Shown here: piece by piece, positions 37,580 through 47,799 of the stretch
Numbering within the stretch: the stretch's first letter is position 1
Layout of the letters: each line of letters opens with the position of its first letter
NCBI GenBank assembly: GCA_964291215.2
Contig: OZ219791.1
Location: 2,816,001 to 2,880,000 of the forward strand
Length of the DNA: 64,000 nucleotides
From: Alphaproteobacteria bacterium
GTDB lineage: Bacteria > Pseudomonadota > Alphaproteobacteria > MPNO01 > UBA830
Direction of reading: 5' to 3'
The notes under the pieces: generated by a model
Database searches by the model: none
Seen by the model: only the letters and a program-made list of their open reading frames with translations
What the model was told of the DNA's origin: nothing
Translations under genes and position numbers: made by a program

Positions 37580-37703
37580 AGAACTCGTTCCGATCCGACG
37601 CGGCCCGGATTTCGGGTGTGTGCCATGCCACGGCGAATCTGCCGTGGTCGATTCCGTCCTTCAGGCAACCGTGCCGGCAAGTGTCATCGGATTTTGCATC
37701 CGG

Positions 37704-38477
37704 TCAGTGCATCTGCTGTCCGCCGTCCACATTGAGCGTCTGGCCGGAAATGAAGTCGCTTCCGGGCGAGAGCAGGAACATGACGGCGCCTACCAGGTCC
37801 TCGGGATACTGATGGCGCTGGATGCAGCGGTCCTCCGGCGGCGCATTGGTCCGGGCATATTCTCCGGACGAGGCGACTTGGGTATCCGAGAGCGTGAAGC
37901 CCGGCGTGATCGCATTGACGCAGATGTTTTCGGGTCCGACTTCCCGCGCCAGCGATCTCGTGAGGCCGATGACACCCGCCTTCGACGTCGAGTAGTGAAG
38001 GCGGTTGGGTGCGCCGTTCCAGAACCGGCCTGACGAGATATTGATGATCTTGCCGCCGCCCTGCTCCTTCATGTAGGGAAACACGGCCTTGCAGCACATG
38101 AAGATGCCGCGCAGATTCACTTCCATTACCCGGTCCCACTCGTCGCCGGGTATGAGCTTCCAGTCGCGGCGCTCGAGGACGCTCATCAGCGAGGCGTTGT
38201 TCACGAGGCCGTCGATGCGGCCGAACGCCTCGGCGACCGTCCGCGCCATTTCGGCGGTCTGCCGTTCGTCGGCGACATCGGCCGTTGCCGTGATTGCCTC
38301 ACCGCCGGCTTCCCTGATCTCGGCAACCGTATCCTCGTTGGCGTCGTGGTCGATATCGGCGGCCACCACCCTGGCTCCGGCCCTGGCCAGTTCACGGCAA
38401 TAGACCCGTCCGATTCCCTTTCCCCCGCCGGTCACGATGACGACGCGTCCCTCGATGCTAAGCAGGTACTGGCTCAT
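37704..38477 (-). CDS. Short-chain dehydrogenase/reductase
   Basis: TGGGKGIG, LVNNAS, YSTSK catalytic motif, ISGQTLNVDGG. Confidence 0.93.
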   Translation of the reverse strand: MSQYLLSIEGRVVIVTGGGKGIGRVYCRELARAGARVVAADIDHDANEDTVAEIREAGGEAITATADVADERQTAEMARTVAEAFGRIDGLVNNASLMSVLERRDWKLIPGDEWDRVMEVNLRGIFMCCKAVFPYMKEQGGGKIINISSGRFWNGAPNRLHYSTSKAGVIGLTRSLAREVGPENICVNAITPGFTLSDTQVASSGEYARTNAPPEDRCIQRHQYPEDLVGAVMFLLSPGSDFISGQTLNVDGGQQMH

Positions 38478-38699
38478 ATACGGCGATTCCTTCGCTGATT
38501 CTGGTCCGGGAGAGTCCTTGGTCGGTGGAACGGACACTGTGCGTGGGGTCCATGGTTGTCAAGCTGGGCGAATGGTTGCTTGCCCTCACCATAATCCCAC
38601 AGTCCTGTTGGGTGGCGATCACGAGCTGCTCGCCCGATCGCTGCCTTGCGCCCGTTTCGCGGTGACGGGAGAAGGCGGGTCGGCTGGAGGATCATCCGG

Positions 38700-38930
38700 A
38701 ACTGGCCGAGGTTCCGGAAGGACACGGAATCGGCCGGAGCGTGCAGGTGCATGGCGGGATGACCGAGGCGGATGGAGCGTTCTGTGAGCGGGTGCCTTTG
38801 GCGGCCGGCAGGTCACCGCTGGCGAAGCGGATGCCGGAGGTTGTGAATGCTCGTATTGTCGAACTCCGTCTGGACCCCGATGTGCCACCCGGGATTCTGC
38901 AGATCCGGGGATTGACGGCCAGAGCCTGGT
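38700..38930 (-). pseudogene. Possible highly decayed tyrosine integrase C-terminus
   Basis: Minus-strand fragments DLQNPGW...IHNLRH / FASG...LGH...HL..DSV echo the DLQ.PW...IHDLRHSFAS...LGH...YAHL motif series across frameshifts. Confidence 0.3.
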
Positions 38931-38975
38931 CTCCCCGCGGGAGGGAGTTCCGACGACCGCACCACTGACGGCATC

Positions 38976-39168
38976 CACGATGATCCCACGCTGCTAATCC
39001 GGCGACGACTGGCGAGATTTTCTCAGTTTGCGTCGCGCTGCAATCGTGCCGCCAAGGCTTGATGGGGCCTTCTTGGCACGAAAATTTCGATCAAGGAGGC
39101 GATCTGTGATGACGCGAGCTCCAACGCATTCGGATTTCGCGTCTCCGAATTAGCATGGGATTGTCGTG
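38976..39168 (+). mobile_element. 193-bp MITE, copy 2
   Basis: TIRs CACGATGATCCCA / TGGGATTGTCGTG; perfect 9-bp TSD GACGGCATC (38967-38975, 39169-39177); homologous to 5903-6095. Confidence 0.85.
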
Positions 39169-39261
39169 GACGGCATCGGTGGAATATTGCAGTCCGGCAC
39201 ATCGCCATCTATTTCTAACAGCGCAGCTTCCAGCTGCCGCCCGCCCCTCTTGAGAAGGCTC

Positions 39262-40542
39262 ATGGTCCGGCCACTTCATGAACTGTCGGCCACGGAAATA
39301 GCTGAAGGCGTCCGATCCGGCGCGTTCTGCGCGGAAGCCGTGGCCGAGTCCTGCCTCGAGTGGATTTCGATCCGCGATGGCGCGGTCATGGCTTGGGAAT
39401 TCCTCGACCCCGAACTGGTGCACCGGCAGGCGCGCGCGATCGACGCGTCGAAGCACGTGGGGGCGATGGCCGGCGTGCCGGTCGGCATCAAGGACATCAT
39501 CGACACGTCCGAGATGCCCACGGAGATGGGCTCGCCGATATACGCGGCCAACCGGCCGGAAAGGGATGCGGACTGCGTTGCCCTGCTGCGCGCGGCGGGT
39601 GCGGTAATCGTCGGCAAGACGGTCACCTGCGAATTCGCCGGCCTTGCCCCCGGCAAGACCGCCAATCCGCATGATCCGGGCTGCAGTCCCGGAGGATCGT
39701 CGAGTGGTTCCGCTGCTGCGGTGGCCGACCGGATGGTGCCGGTTGCTCTCGGGACCCAGACCGGCGGATCCGTCATCCGCCCATCGTCCTATTGCGGCAT
39801 TGTTGGCTACAAGCCGAGTTTTGGAACATTCAGCCTTGCCGGGGTGTTTCCCGCTGCGCCGAGCCTCGATACGCTCGGCCTTCATGCACGGACAATTGAC
39901 GACCTCGATCTTGTGGCTTCGGTGCTGACCGGTCGCAGTGCAGGGCCTGCGGTTCCGCCCGCCAAGCCGCCGGAGATCGGCGTGGTACGGACCTGGTTGT
40001 GGGACGAAGCAGAGCCGGAAACCCGGCGCGCCGTCGAGAGCGCCGCGCGGCGGCTTGAGGCTTCCGGGGCCGGTGTCCCGGATGTGGAACTTTCCGGAGA
40101 ATTTCGCGAGCTAGCCGAGGTCCGCGGCATCATCAACGCCGTGGAAAGAGCTGCGACGCTCAAGGACGCCTGGGCCGGCGATCGCGAACGGATCTCCGCC
40201 GGAATGCAGAAGACCATCGAGGAAGGCCTTGCGGTTTCGCAGTCGGAGTATAAGGACGCGCTGCGGCTCATGGAGGCCTGCCGGAAGGCAAGTGACACGG
40301 CTTTTGGGACCTGCGATGCCTTCCTGACGCCTGCCGTGGACGGCGAGGCGCCAGCGGGGCTCGGCGATACCGGAAGCCCGCGCTTCCAGGCGCTCTGGAC
40401 CATGCTCCGTACGCCGACCGTCACCTTGCCGGCCGGCACCGGGCCCGGAGGATTGCCGGTCGGAATCCAGCTGGTCGCGCGGTACCGTCAGGACGACGTG
40501 CTGCTCGGACTTGTCCGCTGGGCCGAGGAGGTCCTGCGGTGA
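39262..40542 (+). CDS. Amidase signature family protein
   Basis: GVPVGIKD, GKTVTCEFA, PGGSSSGSAAAVA, GTQTGGSVIRPSSYCG, GLPVGIQLV. Confidence 0.93.
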   Translation: MVRPLHELSATEIAEGVRSGAFCAEAVAESCLEWISIRDGAVMAWEFLDPELVHRQARAIDASKHVGAMAGVPVGIKDIIDTSEMPTEMGSPIYAANRPERDADCVALLRAAGAVIVGKTVTCEFAGLAPGKTANPHDPGCSPGGSSSGSAAAVADRMVPVALGTQTGGSVIRPSSYCGIVGYKPSFGTFSLAGVFPAAPSLDTLGLHARTIDDLDLVASVLTGRSAGPAVPPAKPPEIGVVRTWLWDEAEPETRRAVESAARRLEASGAGVPDVELSGEFRELAEVRGIINAVERAATLKDAWAGDRERISAGMQKTIEEGLAVSQSEYKDALRLMEACRKASDTAFGTCDAFLTPAVDGEAPAGLGDTGSPRFQALWTMLRTPTVTLPAGTGPGGLPVGIQLVARYRQDDVLLGLVRWAEEVLR

Positions 40543-42800
40543 AAGCACGGGCACAGGATCCTGTCGGCCGGCCTCTACCTCGCCTGGAGGACGGGCCGCT
40601 TCTGGCAGGTGCGGGGACGTTCGCGGCCGACTGGCGGTTTCCCGGCGAGATTCACATGCGCATCGTTCGTTCGGATCGTGCGCATGGCGAACTTCGCGGC
40701 GTCGACATCTGTGCGGCGGAAGGCCTCGACGGCGTGATCGGCGTATGGCGTGCTGCCGATGTCGCCGAAATCCCGCCGATCGGCTTCCGGGCCACAAAGT
40801 ACCAGGGCCTGGAGCCCTACCGGCAGCCGGTTCTGGCGGCGCGCAAGGTGCGCTATGCGGGCGAACCGGTGGCCGCGGTCTTTGCCGAGACCCCGGGCAT
40901 TGCCGAGGACGGTGCGGCCGCGGTAACGATCGATGCGGCCGAAATGCCGCCACTTCTTGACGCAAGCAACCCTCCGGAGGCGTTCGATTCTGGACACAAT
41001 ACCGAGGCGGCCGTCATCCGGAAGGGGTACGGCGATGTCGAGGGCGCTTTCCGCGACGCGCATGACGAGGTTGCGCTCGATCTTGTCGTCGGGCGCCATA
41101 CCGGAGTTCCGCTCGAATGCCGGGGCGGCGTCGCCCGCGTCGATCCCGACACCGGCATTCTGGAGCTCTACGGCGCGACCAAGCGCGCGCATCCCAACCG
41201 GAACCAGATCGCCGCTGCTTTTGGCCGCGAACCCGAAACCGTCAATCTCTTCGAGGGAAATGTCGGCGGCGGATTCGGGATCCGGGGAGAGCTCTACCCC
41301 GAGGACTTCCTGATCTGCGCCGCGGCTCTCCGCTACGACCGTCCCGTCAGATGGATCGAGGATCGCCGCGAACATCTTGCGGCCGTCAACCATTCCCGCC
41401 AGCAGCGCCACCGCATCCGGGCCGCGGTTGACGGGGAAGGACGCATCCTTGCCATCGACAGTGAGTTCTTCCACGACCAGGGCGCGTATCTGCGCACCCA
41501 TGGCGTCCGGGTGCCGGACATGACGGCCGGCCTGATGCTTGGCCCCTACCATGTCCCGGCCTACCGCGTGGCCGGCCACGTCCGCCTGACCAACAAGACG
41601 CCGGCCGCCACCTACCGCTCGCCCGGCCGGTTCGAGGGCACGTTCGTGCGCGAGCGTCTCCTCGACGCCATAGCCGCCCGCGTCGGGGTTTCGCCGGTGG
41701 AGATCCGCGAGCGCAACATGGTGCCCGCCAGCGCCATGCCGCACGCGCGGCCGCTCGACGCGCTCGAAGTCGATGTCGTCCTCGATTCGGGTGATTATGC
41801 GGGCCTCCTCGCCAAGGCCCGGGACGCGATCGGCTGGCCGGCTCTCAACAAGGAGCTTGCAGGACGCCGCGCTGCCGGCGAACGGGTGGGGGCCGGTCTC
41901 GGTTTCTTCGTCGAGAAGTCCGGCCTCGGGCCCACCGACAAGGTCCGCATCGAGATCGACGGGGAGGGACGCATCGAGATCGTTACCGGTGCGGCCGATC
42001 TCGGACAGGGTGTGCAGACGGTCATGGCGCAGATCTGTGCCGCCTCCCTCGGTGTTGACTACGCGTCGCTGAGCGTCGTGCAGGGACGCACCGACCGCAT
42101 CGACGAGGGGTATGGATCCCATGCGTCGCGGACCACGGTGGTGACCGGCGAGGCGGCGAGGCTGGCCACGGAGGCGCTGCGCGAGAAGCTTGCTGCCGTC
42201 GCGGCGCCGCTTCTCCAGGCGGAAACGGACGAGCTGGAGGTCTCGGGCGGCATCGCACGAAAGGACGGGGCGTCGCTCTCCTGGGCGGAGATCGTCCGCC
42301 AGTCCGGGGAGACGCTCATCGCCGCGGAAGGGCGTTACGACACCGATCACATGAACTATCCCTATGGCGTCCACATGGCCGTGGTTTCGGTTGACGGTGA
42401 TACTGGAATCGTCACTGTGGAACGATTCCTCGTCGCCTACGACATCGGCCGCGCCATCAACCCGCTGCTGGTGGCGGGCCAGCTCTCCGGCGGCCTGGCC
42501 CAGGGAATCGGGGGCGCGCTGTTCGAGGAGTTCCTTTATGACGATAGCGGCCAGCCGCTGTCGCTGACTCTGGCCGACTACGTGATGCCGGGGCCGACGG
42601 AAGTGCCGCGGCCCGACATCTTGCTTACCGAGGACGCGCCGAGCCCGCTCAATCCGCTGGGCGTCAAGGGTGCTGGGGAGGGCGGCATCAATGCCGTCGG
42701 CGCTGCCGTGGCGTCGGCCATCGACGATGCGATCGGAAGGCCTGGAGCGGTGACGGAACTGCCGGTGACGCCGCGGCGAATGCTGGAACTGCTGGCTTGA
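40539..42800 (+). CDS. Xanthine dehydrogenase/CoxL-family Mo-binding large subunit
   Basis: VGGGFGIRGELYPED, TYRSPGRFEG, GQLSGG, GVKGAGEGG; GTGA overlap with the amidase stop. Confidence 0.92.
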   Translation: MKARAQDPVGRPLPRLEDGPLLAGAGTFAADWRFPGEIHMRIVRSDRAHGELRGVDICAAEGLDGVIGVWRAADVAEIPPIGFRATKYQGLEPYRQPVLAARKVRYAGEPVAAVFAETPGIAEDGAAAVTIDAAEMPPLLDASNPPEAFDSGHNTEAAVIRKGYGDVEGAFRDAHDEVALDLVVGRHTGVPLECRGGVARVDPDTGILELYGATKRAHPNRNQIAAAFGREPETVNLFEGNVGGGFGIRGELYPEDFLICAAALRYDRPVRWIEDRREHLAAVNHSRQQRHRIRAAVDGEGRILAIDSEFFHDQGAYLRTHGVRVPDMTAGLMLGPYHVPAYRVAGHVRLTNKTPAATYRSPGRFEGTFVRERLLDAIAARVGVSPVEIRERNMVPASAMPHARPLDALEVDVVLDSGDYAGLLAKARDAIGWPALNKELAGRRAAGERVGAGLGFFVEKSGLGPTDKVRIEIDGEGRIEIVTGAADLGQGVQTVMAQICAASLGVDYASLSVVQGRTDRIDEGYGSHASRTTVVTGEAARLATEALREKLAAVAAPLLQAETDELEVSGGIARKDGASLSWAEIVRQSGETLIAAEGRYDTDHMNYPYGVHMAVVSVDGDTGIVTVERFLVAYDIGRAINPLLVAGQLSGGLAQGIGGALFEEFLYDDSGQPLSLTLADYVMPGPTEVPRPDILLTEDAPSPLNPLGVKGAGEGGINAVGAAVASAIDDAIGRPGAVTELPVTPRRMLELLA

Positions 42801-42806
42801 TGGGGC

Positions 42807-43205
42807 TCAGCCCCCGGTCACGGCGACGGCTTGGATCTCCACCATCATTTCCGGCTGGGCGAAGCCGGCTACTGTGATGAGGGCGCTGCCCGGATAGTTG
42901 CCGTCGGGATAGTAGTCCTTGCGGATTTCGACAAAACGGTTCCCGTGGCGTACGTCGAGAATGAAGACCGTCATCTGGACGATGTCGGCGAGTCCGGCCC
43001 CACATTTTGCCAGGGTGGTCTGCAGGTTGGCGAAGGACTGGCGCGCCTGGGCCTCGAAGTCGCCGGCGAGCGACATGCCGTCCGGGGTCTGCGGGGCGCC
43101 GTGTCCGGCAAGCCAGATGATCCTCTGGTCAGCGCCGGCGGTGATGACGGCGGGTGAAAACGACCTGTTTTGCTGCCAGGTCCCGGCAACATGCGTGGAT
43201 TCCAT
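42807..43205 (-). CDS. RidA/YjgF family protein
   Basis: IWLAGHG, QARQSFANL, IVQMTVFI, YPGSALITV, MVEIQAVAV. Confidence 0.87.
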   Translation of the reverse strand: MESTHVAGTWQQNRSFSPAVITAGADQRIIWLAGHGAPQTPDGMSLAGDFEAQARQSFANLQTTLAKCGAGLADIVQMTVFILDVRHGNRFVEIRKDYYPDGNYPGSALITVAGFAQPEMMVEIQAVAVTGG

Positions 43206-43242
43206 ATCGCTCCTCCGTCGCGATGCCTGATCCGGGCGCCGG

Positions 43243-44313
43243 TCAGTTGCGGATGTCCTGCTGAAACCAGGCCATCGGTATCTCCACGCCGAGGCCCTGT
43301 TCCCGCGCCTTGTCGTAGACTACCCGCCCCACGGCAGCGAACTGCAACCCGGCCGAGTTGTTGTCGAAATAAATGGTCTCGGTGTCGTTCTCGCGGCCGG
43401 GAATCTCCCCGGCGATCACGTCGGCGAGGAACGGATAGTCGCGGATCTCGTAACGCCGCCGGTATTCCCGGTTGGCGGGCCGGCGCTCCCGTTCCTGGCG
43501 CGGTCCGAGCACCAGGTCGGTATAGGGCTCGCGCTGGTTTCCGAAGATCTTGTCCACGGCCTTCAGCACCGGCTCGTCGATCTCGTCGATCCGGCAGCGG
43601 ATGAAGGTTCCGCCCGGCGCCTGGGCTTCCAACATGTCCATCGTGTAGACTGGAACCCGCGAATCCGTGCACAGCGCCACGATGTCGGCGTCGTGGGCTA
43701 TGTCGAGTCCGCTGTCCTTGGCGATTACCGGGATTCCGAGCCGGTCCGACATCTTTTCCGCGTAGGCGTCGCGGTTGCTGCGCGTCGGGCTGTAGACACG
43801 GATTTCCTCGATCGCCCGGACTGCGCAGATGGCTTCGGCATAGGTTTTCGCCATGCCGCCGGAACCGACGACGCCGAGTACGGCCGAATCTGCTCGCGCA
43901 AGGAATTTTGCGCCCACGCCAGCGGTGGCGCCGACCCTGACATGCTGCAGGATTCCGTCGTTGAGAAGCCCGATGATCTCGCCGTTCGCCATGTCGATCA
44001 GGATGACGAAGCCACAATACGTACCGGGCTTCATGTTGTGCCATTCCTCCGTGACCCCGCCGTCGTATTCGGTCCAGCTGATCAGGTCAGACTTGAAGCG
44101 GAAAGCGAGCGTCGGCGGGTCGTACATGGCACCGAGAAGCGAGCCCCAGCGATAATAGTCCGCGCCGACGGCGGTCGGCGCCCAGAGATCGGTGCGGGGC
44201 TGGAAAGTGGCGAGGCCTTGGGCATATTGGCGCAACACGTTTTCCATCGCGTTGACCGCATCCTTCATGGCCAGAACCCGGGCGGTCACATCGTTGCTGA
44301 TCAAAAGTGCCAT
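43243..44313 (-). CDS. Ornithine cyclodeaminase/mu-crystallin family protein
   Basis: LQHVRVGATAGVGAKFLAR, GVVGSGGMA, RVYSPT, ADIVALCTDS, GLQFAAVG. Confidence 0.88.
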   Translation of the reverse strand: MALLISNDVTARVLAMKDAVNAMENVLRQYAQGLATFQPRTDLWAPTAVGADYYRWGSLLGAMYDPPTLAFRFKSDLISWTEYDGGVTEEWHNMKPGTYCGFVILIDMANGEIIGLLNDGILQHVRVGATAGVGAKFLARADSAVLGVVGSGGMAKTYAEAICAVRAIEEIRVYSPTRSNRDAYAEKMSDRLGIPVIAKDSGLDIAHDADIVALCTDSRVPVYTMDMLEAQAPGGTFIRCRIDEIDEPVLKAVDKIFGNQREPYTDLVLGPRQERERRPANREYRRRYEIRDYPFLADVIAGEIPGRENDTETIYFDNNSAGLQFAAVGRVVYDKAREQGLGVEIPMAWFQQDIRN

Positions 44314-44466
44314 GAATTCTCCATTCGAACCTGCCGGCCGCAGCGCCACGCCGCTTCCGCTTACAGGACGGAATTACCCGGACAATCTGGCGCCGAGCGA
44401 GTGTGCGGGTTCTGTCGACAACTTGCCTTCCGACGAAGGCCGTGCTAACTGCGCATCTAGGTTAGC

Positions 44467-44542
<76 letters not shown>

Positions 44543-44929
44543 TCCCTCCCGAAAATCGGCCGCTCCGGCGTCGTCGAACCGCTGCGCTTTGACGAATTCT
44601 CTGATCGACGCGTCCGGCGGTTTCGACCAGCGTTGAAAGCTTCCCGACCGGTTTCTGCCAACGGCTCGAATGCCGCCGCGCATTGCAGAGATGTTGCGTT
44701 CGCGTCGAATGTGCAGTGGATAGCCGCTGCCGAGGCGGAGGTGTTCTCGCTAACGCTGCGGTATAGCCCGTCATGGATACGCAAGACGCCAAGGTTCAGA
44801 AAGGGGCGGTCCGTGTATCCGTGCCGGCGTCCCGGCGGTCGTACGCGAGTTCCCCTTGGGAACAGCGTTGGCATGGATGGAATCTTCGAATATTCGGCTG
44901 GTTGGCCATGATTTTCGCTATAAATTAAT

Positions 44930-46750
44930 GTATCTACTCACCCCTTGTTGGGTTCTGATTGGCCATAGTGCTCGTTGATGATGTCTGCGGCTTTTCCGTC
45001 GAGGGCGATCTGGGTGGCGACGTGATGATTGTAGCCGAGTGCGGCCATGGAGGTGAGGTAGCTTGGCACCATGCTTTTGCGTGGAGCGGAAGCATCCGGA
45101 CACCTTGAGCTTTGCCATCCTGATCTTCTGTTCTCCGGCATTGTTGGTGAAGCTGACGTCGGGTGCGCCAGGCAAACTGGTGGAATGTGGCCGGGTGCAA
45201 GTCCCGAGAGAGGCTAATTTCTCCGTGAACCATGCGTCGCCAGGCGAAGCGTTGGGGAGCGGCAGGCTATTGAGCCACGAGATGCTTTGAAACCGGAGTG
45301 CCGAGGTCGTGGCCGAAGGCAACGAGCCGCGTTGGTGAGGGGGGCTCCGCGGGGTCCGAGAACCATGGCCGAAGCAGGGACCTGGGAGGTCTTGCCCCTC
45401 TGTCGTGGAGGGGCCGCAGAGGAAATTCCGTAAGCCGATGATGAACGAGAAGTCAGATTCGGCCATAGTACCGCTGAAGGCGGCGAACAAGGGCTCTCCG
45501 GAGCCTGCGGAGTTGCTGGAGGGAAGGGCAATGCGGTTGGCCCGCGCCGCGCGCAGAAGCGGGGGTCACAGGCGGCAGGTAGCGAAGAGGAACCCGGAAG
45601 AGCGTCTTTACTCCACCACGTGATGTTCTGCGTTCCATTCCTTGAGGAAGGATGCGGCGGCGGGGCGTTGTGTGGCAAACGTACGGGGTGGAACTGCTGC
45701 ACGCCCGTGTGCACAGGGGCGGGCGCCTCCAGGGTCTACATTCCCAAGGAGGGGCAACTTGCCTCGGACAAGATTCTTCAGCGGGCGGTGTGATTCTGGT
45801 GCCGCGAAACGGAGTTCCTCGGTTCCGGCCGGGGCGCATCATGCGCCGTCACGGTGGAACGGCGGAAGGTCAACTGGATCGTTGACGCCCCTTCGACAAC
45901 CGCGACCATCTGGTTGCGATGCTCGGGAAACGGATCGGGGGGTCTGATCATCAAGTGACGCCGGCGTCATGGAAGGGGCCGACTGGCAAGGGAACACCGC
46001 AAGGGGCGGCGCCTTGCGAACCTGCACTACGTGCGACTGGTTCCAGAACCACTGGCGCAAGCGGGACACGATCATTATGCGGACGACTTCGTGTGCGGCT
46101 TTCAGAATCTGGGCGACGCTGAGACCTTGGGGAGAGACTGGCCCACTTGAACTGCACCCGGAAAATCATCGAGTTCGGTCGGTTTGCCAGAGCGAACCGC
46201 CGGAAGCGTGGACAAGACGTTCGACTTCCTCGGCATGACGCACTTCTGCGAACAGACGAGGAAAGGCAGGTTCAGGGTCGGTCGCAAACGGGCACCCTGC
46301 GGCGGATCAAAAAGGCCTTGCGCAAGCGGTGGCACGATAACCGGCACGAAACGGCCAAGTGGTGAGTTATCAACGGCTGCTACTACGCCGTTCCAGGAAG
46401 CAGCCTGCAGAAGTTCATACACCAATGCAAACAGCTGCGTGCCCTTCGGCGACGCTCCCAAAAGGACTTCACCGGGGACATAGACACCCTCACCGCTGCC
46501 CACTGAGCCCGTGGCCAAACCAGCGCCTTGTCGTCAGGGGAGGAGCGAACAGCGCACGTCCGGTTCTGTGCGGGGGGTAACCCGGTTCCCTACCGCGATG
46601 GTCGTCTGTGAAGCGCAGGTTTTCGTATTTCACGAGACGTTCGTGCAGGTTGTGCGCGTTTGCGATGCGTCCACGTTTTCCTTTCGTCGGCGGCGGGATG
46701 TCGGGCAGTTCCCTGGCGCCCTGATGGTGCGCTTGCGCACGGCCCGGCGG
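44930..46750 (-). mobile_element. Partial IS66 element (copy C, 3' end) interrupted by a group II intron
   Basis: Right TIR GTATCTACTCACCCC at 44930; 44930-45162 and 46600-46750 join seamlessly into the sequence seen in copies A and B. Confidence 0.85.
45163..46599 (+). mobile_element. Decayed group II intron (RT pseudogene)
   Basis: 5' GTGCG. 3' domain V/VI-like GCACGTCCGGTTCTGTGCGGGGG...CCCTACCGCGAT. RT fragments GTPQG, YADDFVCGFQ (about 46076), LELHPE, IEFGRFA, TFDFLGMTH. Precise insertion without duplication. Confidence 0.88.
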
Positions 46751-46771
46751 TCGGCCTTATATGATCAGGTT

Positions 46772-46829
46772 TTATCCCCATGATGATGAAATCATCCACA
46801 GCGGTTGGGGTGGGAAAAAATGTGGATAA
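46772..46829. promoter_or_regulatory. Cluster of three DnaA-box-like 9-mers
   Basis: TTATCCCCA (46772-80), TCATCCACA (46792-800), TGTGGATAA (46821-29, perfect consensus on the minus strand). Confidence 0.3.
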
Positions 46830-46835
46830 CCTCGA

Positions 46836-47799
46836 CTATGGGAGAGCTATGGTTGCAGAGAGATTCCGCTCCCCTGTGTGAGAACGTACAGGGGAGCGGG
46901 GATCAAACGATCTCCGCGGAGATTGCCGTTCCGTCCTTGGCTTTATAGAGCCGTTCCCGAGCGTGGCAACCTCCTTTGGCGTCCCTTGCGTCCTGAATGG
47001 ATGCTTGAGTTTGAACCGTATCATCATAAGGCGAGGAACAAGGGACGATGGTAGCAGGGGTCAGCCAGTCTGGACATCTGGGGCGTCGTTTTACGAACGA
47101 CGCCACGGGCACGTGGCTTCGCAGCCTCGAGGTAACCCGTGTGGTGGGCGACAGGCCGCTATCACCGCAAGGTTCACCAGTGTCTTCATGACCGGGGCTT
47201 CGAGGTTGTCCTGCCCGTTGAGGGCTTCGCCGAGGCTTTGGGCCAACCGCGTTGACGCCAAGATCGGCACGGTGCGATCTCGAGCCTGTGGCCCCTCAGG
47301 AAGCCTTCCTCAACTGCCTGGGGGATCTCCTGGTGCCGCGCTTGTCGACGTGCGGACCAAGTTGAGGCAAGTGGCAGATGAGGTGGATGGCGAGACCGTC
47401 ACAAGGGCTTCGGCGGCCGATCTCGATGATTGCCGGTGCGGCGATCAAAGCGGTGATCGCCGGTGATCCCGAGCAGAGGTACCCTGACCTCGATCCCCGG
47501 TCCAGTGACCGCCGCAGCCCTTCCTTGTTGGATGCCCGAACTCGGCAGCGTCGGCAGCCTTGATCGGGGTGGCGCCGATGGCCAACGACAGTGGCCAGCA
47601 CCACGGTGCTCGGCATATCCGTGGCGGGCGCCGGAGGCCACGTGATCTCCTGTTCATGGCCGCGACCTCGGCAGCACGCTTCAACGCGGATCTAGTGCGC
47701 CACAAGGCCTACAAAGTCGCCATTGTCGCCGTGATGCGCAAGCTCTGGCGAACACCTTGCTGCGACAGCAGCGTTGCTGGTCGCCCGAAGCACCGGTGA
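46836..47799 (+). mobile_element. Decayed IS110-family element with structured 5' non-coding region
   Basis: MVAGV...LDI...RRFTNDATG start at about 47048; C-terminal PELGS, GVAPMANDSGQHHGARHIRGGR, AATSAARFN, KVAIVAVMRKL. Boundaries approximate. Confidence 0.75.

Noticed and set aside
44543-44929. attL/integrase at tRNA-Lys and the 133-aa ORF 44473-44874
   Set aside because: No duplicate of the tRNA 3' end or integrase was seen in the window; the ORF overlaps the tRNA antisense and has no recognisable motif. An island boundary here remains possible but unsupported.
45163-46599. RT remnant as a retron, DGR or defence RT
   Set aside because: GTGCG and domain V/VI ends plus precise exon junctions identify a group II intron.
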